Shown here: piece by piece, positions 36,742 to 49,100 of the stretch | How the letters are laid out: every line of letters starts with the position of its first letter | How positions within the stretch are numbered: position 1 is the first letter of the stretch | Source: Phoronis australis | Taxonomy: Eukaryota > Animalia > Phoronida | DNA length: 64,000 bases | Assembly (NCBI GenBank): GCA_002633005.1 | Contig: NMRA01000159.1 | Coordinates: 175,633-239,632, forward strand | Direction: 5' to 3' | Program-made: the position numbers and the translations under genes | The notes under the pieces: model-generated | Database searches by the model: none | What the model was told of the DNA's origin: nothing | What the model saw: the letters and a program-made list of their open reading frames with translations, nothing else

Positions 36742-37224
36742 CCTTGACTGTTCGAGAATTTTAGGTTGCACATTAGTAACCCATTTGAGTGCGTTCTTAA
36801 TGGACATGTCATTAATACTAATACGTCGTCTGTGATGTTTTTCTCCGCCCTACACACACAGAGTTTATTTACATGTCTTAGAACGAAATTTGATTGGTAA
36901 TACTTTATTGTGTAACAGAAGACAAGTGCAATTTTAGAACTAAAATGAAGATTGGCCTCTTTACATGTGCGAAGTTTGAAGTCGGCGCAGTCGCATTGGA
37001 CAAGAAATTTAACACGGAAAATAACCACATTGTATTTATGAAAAAGCGCTGGCTTTGTCTGAGGCCAGCAATAATTGTGGCCGGACGAGATTTGACTATT
37101 TGGGAATTCCGTATAGCAGTGCCCACTATGTCTGATTAACCAAGATATTCAGCTACCTCTGTTTACTATTCTAGTGATTTATGTGTAACTGCGTATGACG
37201 AAACCTGATTAGATCTCAGGAGTT

Positions 37225-37230
37225 AATAAA
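37225..37230 (+). terminator. Candidate polyadenylation signal of gene 1
   Basis: AATAAA about 480 nt after the stop, followed by a T/GT-rich tract. Confidence 0.5.
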
Positions 37231-39427
37231 AATGTACAATATAATTTGTTTTAACTATTTTTTGTTGTTTATTAATATCCGAGGCCTTAAGTTTTCTGGG
37301 AGACAAACTGAGTATGAAGAACATAATGAAATAATCAGACAACATAATCTGAAATCTCCCGTCATGACAGCTGACCATTAGCGGATATCACCATCAGAGT
37401 AACTACAGGTTGGATAACCCGCCATGACGGGTCTCGGAAAATGATACTCTTATGTCAGCACTTTTGGCGTGAGTGTAGGTTGGTTTTTCGAGCGACATTG
37501 GAAATTGTCTAGCACTTTCCTAGTGATGCCCTCAGCATTTCTGTCCACGATCACATCGGACGTGAAATGTGAAGGTCAGTCTGTCCTCGGTGATGTGGAA
37601 CAGTAACTGAGAGGCTCAGTCTGTCGCGACAACGACATAGGAGCGTGGAAGAAAAATCCAGAATAGTCTCATATAATTAACAAACAAGTTTCTAGACTTT
37701 TACACATACCATAGAATTGAAGGGTGTTGTTTGTCAATTCTATGATGTCTGCAATGCCATTTTATATAACGTTGAATAACCTGTAAGCGAGTGCTCAACT
37801 TTTTCTGAATTTGTCATTGATAGTAAAGTAATTTGATCTCAACTTGTTGTTTATTCAAACAAAAAGTGATATAAGCTAGGTTTATGGATAATTAAGACCA
37901 TGTTGAAAACAACAGTCCTGTTGAAGCCAGAACAGCTGCAAGGAAGCAATGTACCGTGAAGCAAATGACTCATTCAATGAACAGTTTAATCTGTCCGATA
38001 TTGGGCATGAAGTTCACGATACTGATGTTAATGTAATATTGCATGGCCAGGAAAGCAAACCTATCGACACGAGTGAAAGTTCAAGCATGAACTGCTGTTG
38101 AGAATGGGTCCTTTTTCTACTCTCACCCCGAGTTAGAGGAAGAGGCATGGCATACTGGAATGAATGGTTTCCTTCAGGACTACTAGAGGTCGTGATTTCG
38201 AGTCCCAGTTAGACACACTGCTTGACCCTTGAGTCGAGATTCTAGAACCTCAGCTCACTTTTTAATTAGATATTAATAAAGAATAAAAATGGATCGAGGT
38301 CATTAGTGATTTCGACCCACATGATCGGAGCCATCTCACGTCCTGTACAACGTGTACCAGATTGCCTGTAATTATTTTTTCATTAATACCTCCCCATTTT
38401 TTCCGTCACAAGCCGTAGTACCCAAGCAACATCCTTTCCAATTTCGTTTGGCGGATTTTCCATTTGAATGTACTTGTTTCCTAGCCCAACTTGAGGCAAA
38501 GCTGTACTACAATGTAAATACACAGTTTTGTACCGACGTAGGCAAATAACTGGCCAAATAAAATCTGACACTGCACTCTTCCTTGAGTAAACTAAATTTA
38601 CCCCTGTTGGAAAATTCTGCCGTTGTTCTGCTTCTAAAGTTAAAGAGCGATCTTATGCGTCAGCTTTCGGCGCCATAAAATATAGCGTCACCTATTGGCC
38701 AGTTTCGAGTCCTTTTTCACTGATTATTCAATCAACAGTTCTTCTTGCTTGAGGTTGGTGTACATGTCAAAAATATCGGAACTGGTTTCATTTCGTTAAA
38801 AGTTTTTAGCATTTTAATACCAGCTGCGAAACTGCCATCATCTCCCGAGCGATGTGGCGAAGAACTTAAGATATGGCGCGTGCGTGTGTCACAAGCCACT
38901 CATTTCTTTGTTACAACGGGCGGAGAATTACTCAAGAAAATGATGTTTATATTAGATTGATTTTCACTCAAACTGTTGTAAAGAGCAAGGTCGCTAGCTC
39001 TACTGACATGTTGACATAAGTTTCACGGCGAGGTGACGAGCATGACCTACCCGAGCTATGTGAAAATTCGGCGTCTAACGGACCTCAACACACAGTGGTA
39101 CTATAGTCTATGGTGGTACCTAGCTGTATTTGACCGCAGTCTTCATTCTGCTACATGTATCTGGCTGGCAACTTATTTCCCATCCAAAGCCAAAGTCCGA
39201 TATTCCCATCCAATTAACGTCCGAGTTGCCCATTCACTTATCAAGCCTGAGCTAAAACGTCACAGTTTATGCGGAAAACGAACGTTTTTGAGCTATGTCG
39301 TCGTAGAAATTCAAACACGTGAGACGATTTGCTCATAGAGAATTTTGTGTTCACCAAATCTAAGAATGTAGACGTTGAATTTTTGAGCAGCGCACATGCG
39401 TACGTGCGCACTAAAGACCGGGTCGAC

Positions 39428-39509
39428 ATGGAATACAATCGTGTCTACGAGGCCACAGTTCTATATGTGCTTAGCTGTCAGGTTGTTACCGGTGCTATAC
39501 AGAAACTGG
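39428..39509 (+). CDS. Gene 2 exon 1, probable signal peptide
   Basis: MEYNRVYEATVLYVLSCQVVTGAIQKL, donor G|GTAAGG, phase 1; weak hydrophobic core. Confidence 0.55.
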
Positions 39510-40085
39510 GTAAGGCAACCTGATTTTGCAAACACTATTGGCGAGTTTTGCATTAAACGAAATTGTTTATAAACTGTTAAATAGTAGGTCTACGTTGGAT
39601 ATTAGCAAGATACCTTTGTGTAACCGATAGCTAACTAGCTGTGAATGACTGAACTGCAAAATTCACATATGTGTGTGCTAGTGTGTGTGCGCGCGCGCTC
39701 GCGCGCGTGTTTGTGTTTGCGTGTGTGTAAGCATATACATGTATGTTATACAAACAAAGCTTCTTATCACTTGGTCAGTTGCTTTACCAATGTTCTGTTG
39801 AGTGTCGAACTTTGTTCTGAGGATACGAACGATCCGGAATAAAGATTGTTAACGACAAGTGTCGTGTATTCAGACAATTTTTCCATAAAACTTTCTCCCA
39901 AAGTACATGTATAGTTATGTATGTATGTAAATATGTATGTTTGTATGTATGTATGTTTGTATGTATGTATGTATGTATGTAAGTATGTATGTACATGTAT
40001 GTATGTAAGTATGTATGTATGTATGTATGTAAGTATGTATGTATGTATGCAAGTATATATGTATGTATGTATGTATGTAAGTATG

Positions 40086-40119
<34 letters not shown>

Positions 40120-43100
40120 TGCAAGTATGTATGTTTATATACACACATATACATATATGGATCTTCAAAGCTGGATGTACTCCTGGTTTTTACAAAAAAT
40201 AAAAAGTGTACACTTAGGGTTAAAAGCAATTTTTTTCACAAGTCATTTGATATCTGTATCATAACAATCAATATATTCGGGAACAGCCATCGAACATTCT
40301 GATCCGGCCCGGTGAGTGAAAAATATGTGAAGTGGTCGCGTTACAAAAAATATTCGTGAGTGTCTCTATTTGTTTTAATGGATTTCAGTTGAAGGAAGAA
40401 AGTTTAAAGATTTTGCTGGCATACAAAAATGCTTTTCATTTTGCATTACTATGTATGCTAACAGACGTGAGCTTGTGAAAACCGTGAAAAATGACAAAAT
40501 TTCGCTCTGGCTAAATTTCGGCCATATTGGTTTGCTCATCCTAATAATGCCGATAAACTTCCAGACGTTGATGTCGTTGAAGTGTACTCAAGCAGCAACA
40601 AGCAATATCCCGAGTTGGTAGTATACAACGTGACCCTGGATCATGACAGTATTGTCTTGCGTCTTCTACGCACAACACTGATCAGTGTGAGCCCGTCGGT
40701 ATACGTGTTAAAAGATGGCGCAATTGTTCCCCACGAGAAAAATCATAGACAGGTAGAAATAACAGGAAACGTGACCACCGACTTGTATTCGAGATTTGAA
40801 TCGAACATCGATCAATCACGCTGTGCAGTTTGATTGAAGTTGAAATTGACCGCGAGTTTACTGGTCAACTTTCGACTCCAGTCTCAGGTAGACCTCGGTG
40901 TACACAAACCCTGAGCTGCGTTCCGCAGACGCAAGAATTTTGTAAACAGAGTTAGCATGACACATGCATCGTGTTTAATGCATGGCAAAATTTGCGAAGC
41001 CTTGCTTTTTCGCGACTTCCTTGGGTTTACGGAAAACAGGCCAGATCCCAGCGAATTTGACCAGGCAAGGAAATTTTATTCTCTTGCAAATAAGATTTTC
41101 CCAAAACTAGTCTGATCAAGGTTAACGATGGAGCGACATCTCGAAGCTGGATTATATGCCATCTACATGTACTGCACCGTGCAGTAAAGTTTTATGGCAT
41201 TTTACTCCTAAAATGAACACTATTATGTTTACATAAAAGAATGGTTACAAATATCGTCAGTTTCCTATAAACGTTCTTGGTGTACGTAATGCATCAGCCT
41301 ACAAAACTGATAGGCTGACCTGTCTCTGCGCTCAGGGGTACATCAGTTTTCTTTCACTTTCTAGGAGTACGCGACATATCAGGACAGTGAAAATGACGCC
41401 TCAATGACCGTCTTCTCCTCCAAATTCGTCGGCGGCAAATGGCAGAGACACCTAGTGGGTATTTTATTGTAGAGACGTGACCAGTCCATTAAATTCAACC
41501 AATAAACGCTAAGTACACGTACATCTACTTTTTGTAACTACGTGATTATTCTTAAACTGTTGTCATGTCGCCGAAACTTTTCGTCATTGAAGACAAATGT
41601 CCAGAGGCAGTAAAAATATGCAACGCTATTAAGTTCCCTACATTCGGTCGAATTTCTGGCTGTGTTTTGAACTTCAGACTGAGATGTTTAGACTTATAAA
41701 AGGCGAGCGGTATTTTTCTCTTTTTCGCGTGGACTTTTTACACACAAGATGAGACGCCACATACAGGGCCATCCAGACGAAGTAAAAACGCGCTGTTAAG
41801 ATTTATAGTTCCGGTCGAACTTGTTGCTGCTTTTTCAATTTCAGGCTGGGACATTTATAAAAGGCAACCGGCACATGTCTCTTTTTCGCGCAGACGACAT
41901 AATCCACACAGAAGATGAGACGTCATCTACGGGACCAAACAATTACAAACTAGAGGTCGTTACACCATACACACCGACTAATAGAACTTCCACTGACGAG
42001 CCATCACCACACACCAGGTTACAAAAACGAGTGAAGCGACAGTTAGATGACGCACAGCACTTTATCGAACTTTTACTCGTTATCGACAATTCTCTCTATC
42101 GACGGTAACGTGATTCAGACGCCACTCGTTGCCTCCTTACACGAACTTATAAATCTCCAATTTATGAATAGGCTACTTCCGTCTGAATAGGGTGACTTTA
42201 CGCCATCAGCTTTTTCTCCAGTTCTTAGATAAATCTTTACTTTACTCCAGGACAGCACTTTGAATTCGAAAGACTTTAATTCCAAATTCCCCTAATCCCC
42301 TTACTGGTATTCGATACGAGCCTACTCAAAAGACGAACCTCCACATTGCGTTTGGAACATGTCACCCATTTTGCCGCATTCAAATCTCAACCAAGTGCGA
42401 ACGGTCAAAAATGTATGTTTTTGTACTTCAGTAACCTTTTGAATTGACCTATGTTAGCATTAGTCTCTACACTGACTTCCACCATATTAGTTTGAATTTT
42501 TATTTTCTTTACCGGTCCATGATCGGATGTACGGAAAATGTTTGGAACAAATACGTGTTTTTATTGTATGTACATGTAGTTGTATTTCACTAGTAAGTAT
42601 TTTATTCGTCCACACTTATTTCACATCAAGGAAACACGGCGCATTAAAATTGTCCTTCATACTGACCTAACACGGTTAGTTATTAGCAAGTCACCCAATA
42701 TCTCATGCCATGTGAGTGAAATCACGACCCCAAAAATATTATGTCTTGCCAAATAATCAAAATTTTACATCAACAACGCTAATATAATATACAGGAGAAG
42801 GTACATGTGAATAAGGGGATAGGTTTTGCTTAGGCCCTTAAAGCGGTTATGAAGCTGCATTTGATTTCAAAATCTAACCTTTGATTCACATCACTATCAG
42901 TTATGAAATAGGAAATTTCCCACGGAACACAGCCATATTTTCCTGTTCGACTAAAAAGAAAAGAACGAGACGTTTCATGGGTTTTTGTGACAAATTATCC
43001 ATTAGATCAAAAAGCGCCGTCAGGCACGTACAGGTGTTACGTATCTTATTCGACAAAAATTCGATCAAAAACAAACAAAAAAACGCTGTTGGGACGTCTT

Positions 43101-46100
43101 TGTTTTGTTACTGCTAACATTTCACATTTTAGCTTAAAGCTGGATGTTCCGCTTTTATCCGGAAATGCAGTTGTCCCATTTTTCATTCTCGAATGTTGTC
43201 CGCGACAACTATGCAACAGGTGGTCAAAGTAACATTGTCTGTTTTCCAGAGTCTACTTTCGTAAGTAACACAACAATAGCAAAAATTTGTTCTAGTATCT
43301 CTTGTCAACGCTAACATACACTGCATGTATTGAGATCATTAATTTTTACTTTCGGAGTTTATTTCTGAATTCCTAAACGAAGTCCCACAGTGCAACCAAT
43401 GTAACGAGCTATTAACAATACACTTCAAAGCTACATGGTAGATATTTGGCCATTTTTTGTCTATCGGAAATCTTCAAATTTCGGATAGATAGATAAATAG
43501 ATAGAGTAATTAGTTTGCCGAACTTGTGGAAATGTCGTTGCATCCTGAATTTTTACTGAATGTACATGTAATCATGTCAGCCTTTCTGCTGATTCACGTC
43601 CCTCACTCAGTCTGAATTCCGATCCTCACACGTTTTCGCAAGAAAGTTTGGGTCATTTTCCTCTCTGTCGGAAATAAGTACAGTACTTTTTCGTTGTCTG
43701 TGTCAGCTGTCTCTTCATCTGATGTCGAGTCGTCATTTTCAACCTTTAATGCAGCGCACAAACTTACTCCTTCCATCGCTCCGAGGGCTCTGAAGATCGA
43801 TGCTCTGCAGGTTTCACCGTGGCTAACATATTCAGTCGCTTACCAAAAGTATTTGTTGTATCATGTAAGCGTTGTCGTTGGAGACAATTTATCCTCTCTT
43901 AAAGGATTGTTACCCTTTGTAATTCTCATAAGTTCTCTTGCATCCATTGCATACTCGGTCGTCGTATTTCAATATCATAGTCCTTGTGTGTTGCTGGACT
44001 AACTTCATGGTGTTCTCGTTGTTCGTCGCCGTAGTTCCTGTGTATTGCTGCGTCACCTCCGTGGATGCCTGATCGCTGTGTTCTTCATCTCCCTCACCGA
44101 GAACACTGGGTGTACAGGTGTATTATCTTTTTGGTAACTTGTAGCGTTAGAAACATTAACTGGTTGGGATGCTAACCCGGCCAATCCACTGTCTCTCCAG
44201 AATGTCACCCCTCATTCCAGATCGTCACCTGTCTCGCCAGGTCCTCACTTCCCTTTCCAAATTGTCTAGCAGCCTATTTCTGGTTATCACTAGACCCTAT
44301 TCAGACGCGTATATTTATAAGAGGGTTCTCATGAGTTTTAAATCAGGCGTTCTGTGCCATGGGCCCGACCTATATGGCCTGTGCGCGTCCGATACTCTTC
44401 AGGTATCGGACCGCCTGTAGCGTTTTTTCTTTACGATTGGTGTGATTACCCTAACTAAGGACAACTGTTGTCTGAAATTTTATGCTAGCTACGTGAACGA
44501 TGTCTATTTGAGCTTGTTTCTCATGGTTGAATTCTGGTTTCGTAGGGCGACCTCCCACAGGCCATTGAAATGTGAGAGAACCAAGATTTGTAAAAAGATC
44601 TGAGGGCATTTCACTCGAAGATCCCATAAATTTCGTGTTTTTTTCAACAGGTGGTATAACAAGACCAATGTCACCAAAACGCAGAGCCAAAGGGAGAATG
44701 AAGCGCTTAAAAAGATGGAAATATATTATGCGCAAATAGCAAACGGGGTAAGTGAGGTGCTAGTAAAGTGTTAGAAATTTAAAGTTAGGAAGTCACTAAA
44801 CATTTGAAACTAAATTTGGATGAAGTATTATTTCACTTGATTCTCGCTGTGACTACGTCGTGGCTACATGGGATTTTTCCCATAGCAACATCTACAAAAA
44901 TAAGATAGTTAAGCTTTAATGAAAAATTTCCGCTGTATAAAGCTATCCGACCATCAGACATTGGATAGCGTAGCATACACGAATCACTGTGAACGCACTA
45001 CACAGATTTAGACCGAGACAGCTGCAGTTTGAGAGATAAATTTCAGATCGTCTTAACAGGTATAGCAAGTAAGACATTAGAGAGAATTTTCGCCACGGAA
45101 GAGTGGCTTTACGTTTTATTTGTGGTATCGTGGATGACAACATTAAGCCTGCCACGAAGTGGAAGTGTCCAGTGCCCCAGACACCAGGTGTCGCCACTCC
45201 ACCTTTTGCATCGTGTGCAGATCTTCTTGCTACTCCCTGTCTTGCCACGTTCTGTGCTGTTTCCTTACAAAGGCACTTCTTCTCATCTTTTGTCACCTGC
45301 TGAGTGATCTTGCAGTTAATGACTTATAAATTCAACTCAGCAAGTTCAGTCAAAACGGTAATCGCGTTTTTAGTTCATTATTTTGTCTTTTTCTTGGGTC
45401 AGCCATTTTGTCTTTACCATGGTTACAAGAATTATGGGTATTGTCTTATATGGTATCCTTTTTGCTATCCACCGAATAGTTATCCGAACCTTATCCAAAT
45501 TTTGTGCAACCCAAATTTACACGCCGGGTAATTATCTGGCGTGTAATGCAGCATGTAACTGGTTACGGGGGCTAGTTGATTTTGTCTCTCTAGGATACCG
45601 GGAATGTATGTGTGGCCATTCAGTGTATACACAAAATTCATATCTTGGGACTATGGAATGGAAGTGACTGGTGATTGTGTCACAAAAGTATATGCATGGG
45701 TGTTGCTAGTTGTTTGGAGGACATGCAGTATAGATTTCGCCCAAAACACACTAAAAATGTTATCCTTAAGTTTGGGAGGTGGAAGCCAAACCAATTTTAG
45801 GGCTTACGTGGATTAATTTTCTTCCGGTAGCCGATATCCAACAATGGATGTTTTGTGTTCACAAAAATCATGCAACGAATTTGCTGGAAAATTATCTCTC
45901 AAGCTTGGTTGATCATTGATGAAAATATACACTGAGGAGTTGAGAGTGTGTTTTCCATATCCTAAAGGTATACCGTACGAAACAGAAAGCACAGAGCTCA
46001 TGCAGACTGTATAAAATATGTTTGTGACTAACTTAAATCATTTGAATATATTTAGTCATGCATAATTGGGACGTACAACGTACTAAAGCTATACTCATGA

Positions 46101-49100
46101 CTAGAGCTCTAGTAAGGATTACAGGTTTAATCATTGACTAGAGCGTTAGTCATGACAGGAAATGTAGACAGTTAAGTCATAGACTAAGGGTTTAGTACGT
46201 CCCAATTATGTAAATGGAGTGACTAAAACGTGACTGAATCTATTTAAGTGCACTCACGCAAAGTCCCTGATAACATTTCAGTCATGACTAGAGTGGTTGT
46301 TAAAATATGACTAATAGGTGACAAATAGTTGAATAAAATGCACGTGACTGACATAAGGCAAGGGTTAAGTTACAGATTTTGACTCTCGTGAACTTTGTAT
46401 CTCTTACAGATAAACCTCTGGTACAGAAACCTCAAGAGACATTCTTTGAAACTCGAGGTTGTTCTCTCGGCCATCTACATCGCCAAGGTGATTACAGTCT
46501 TTCATATCGAGACTTGGCGTGCAGAATTAGGGACACTGTTGAACAGATTTCAGTCCTATGCCCTACTCGATACGTGTAAAAATTAAGTTGAGCCGTTCGT
46601 GTAATCGAAGTTAACATGCATAATATTGCATTCATGCCAAGTCACCCGAATACCTGCATACCCTTCTACAAATGTTGATGGCCACAGAAATGTTAGTCCA
46701 AACTTTGACCTTTTTCTCAAGGAATTCCTCTTAATCAATGTTAGCAATTTTTATGTATCGCTTACAAATCTTGTTGCTTCTGGTTTCAATATCTGTACAT
46801 GTTTTTGTTTTTAATATGTTCGTAATAGCATATCTAAATATTTGAATACTTACATTAGATATAGATATTAGTTACATGTACATGTATATAGTTCTATGTA
46901 TACTACTTTCATCTATGAGCTGTCTACAACCCTGATGTACAGTAATGCTTTGCTATTTCTGGGTTTGTCATTGTTTCCTTGTCTCGTTCTGTGTATTCTT
47001 CAATAAACATACATGTATATCACCTTAAAAACGAAACGCCAAACTATATATGTTAAGGCATGAGCTAATTTTAAACTAGCACGTACAACGTTGTAAGCCT
47101 TGAATCAGTGCTTTTTAGAAGAAAATACAAGCAAGAGTTTTAACACACGTCTCGTCAGATGGCTTGTTATATCAACAGTATTCCTTTCAAGACGCGAAAG
47201 GAATCGCTATGGACAGAATCCATGGACACCCTATCAGTTACACCGGGAAGAGCACGGAGGTTGCTGGATGCTGGGAATTCGTTGAATCACCTCGTAACGT
47301 GGATCAATAACAAGAATGTCACTGCATCGTTACCGACATTCGACCATGCCATGCTTTTGACGGGGTAAGAATACTGCAGAATTAAACACAAAGACTGACG
47401 CAAAGCTACATGCAATTGTCTGTTTACAGATTCAAATCGTTTAATATCCCGGACTACTTAGGTTTGTTCTCTCTCTGAGAAAGAGTTTCTGAGGTTGAGT
47501 ATTTTGATTAATTAATTTTCGTTATAGGTAGTGAGTAAAAAGACTACTTCTTATTAGAAATACAAACCGGCGTCGTTTATGAATTCGACACAGAGAAAAT
47601 TTCCAGCCTGACTGCTCTTCACTTTCACGAAATACGCTCTATTTTGCAACCGTTCATTCGAGGCGTATTTGTTTGTTCATGTTGGAAATAGTGTAAGAAT
47701 GCTCTCTCGGTCAGAAATATTTGATAAAATAGTTTGTCGCTTAAAGTTATAATTGTGGGCTACTAACTACAGTTGTATGCTAATATATAGCAGGAACTAT
47801 ACGACAATGCTATCTGAACAACATCTGCACTAAACAAAGTGCAGTTGCATTTGTTGACAACTTGTAAATGCAAAAACAAACAAAAAAAATCCTGCAAGTA
47901 GGGGAGCTTTGCACTATTGACGTACCTTGGGGGCTCACATAGCCCGCATCCTGCCGCACCAAGTCACGATACTTACTAGACACGGCTGAGCGATTTACGG
48001 CGGATCATTTTCAACACAAAAGTCGTTCGTAAAACATTTGGCCAATTTCAATATACTTGGTAGTCACATCGTCGCTATACATGTATGTTGTATTTTTAAC
48101 TAATTTGGCCAAGGAATGACAGAGACAAGGAACTTCCGCTTTAAGGGAAACTAAGTTCAGTTGTGCGCTCACGTGCTATCGCACTGCCGGTCACAGCGCA
48201 TGTATGGTGTGGAACAGCGTTCGGGAATTTTGATAGCCTCAATTTTCACCTCGGAGGTGTTTGATTATCTACGCAGGAATATACTCACTTCAAGAGGAAA
48301 TCTGTGACTACGATGATATCCTACGTGTATGAAAACATGAGCTATCCCATGCGGAGCATCCTGATCATTTCCATAGCACATGTTTCCGTCGTTATCTGCG
48401 CATGTGCGAACGTCGGTCACAAGGCTAATTTATTCCTCAATCTGAAAGTAACATCACGTGCCATTCTATTGACGTGAGTACATAACGGTCACCTCCGAGG
48501 GTAATTGAGGATCAACGAGAGTACCCTAAGTCTTCCAAATCGAAACTAAGCATCCGGAGCTCCTCGAGTACATTCACTGCCTCAAATTATTTCTTGGGAG
48601 TGTTTCATGTCTGCACACGGGTGAGCACCAATTACTACACTACAGCACTGGTAGATTATGTCTTCAGCCTAGCAGGTCTCAAAAGTACGTCGTACGCTAT
48701 GGCCATTATCAATCATTAGTCTGACTTCTGACTCCGTACTGTTTATTGTAATGGGGGAATCCCAGCTCATTCGACAACAATCTCCATTTTGAGCCACATG
48801 ACTTGTTGCAATGACTGAAGCTTGCACGTGCGCAGATATATGAAACACCTCCAAGGGACAGTGTTAGGCTACAAGAATGCCAGATGTGGCCAGCAATCGG
48901 CCTAACGCCAATGAGATCAGCAATAAAAGATGAGCAATTGCGTAATAGCTAAAAATAATTGACTATCTTTTGTCGTTTTAAGGTATGATTTATGGGATCT
49001 GATGATGGTGGCAGGCGATGAAGTTGCTGGGATGGCAATGATCAATAAAATGTGTTTTAGAGAAAGCGTGTCTATTGTGGAGGACCCGGGAGGTTTCGTT

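Noticed and set aside
39767-40302. YIHT/MYVC-rich ORFs
   Set aside because: Translations of the (TATG)n microsatellite.
44385-44412. Hammerhead ribozyme (CTGAAGA on the minus strand)
   Set aside because: The motif is a hairpin loop, and the GAAA and stem I geometry required for a hammerhead are missing.
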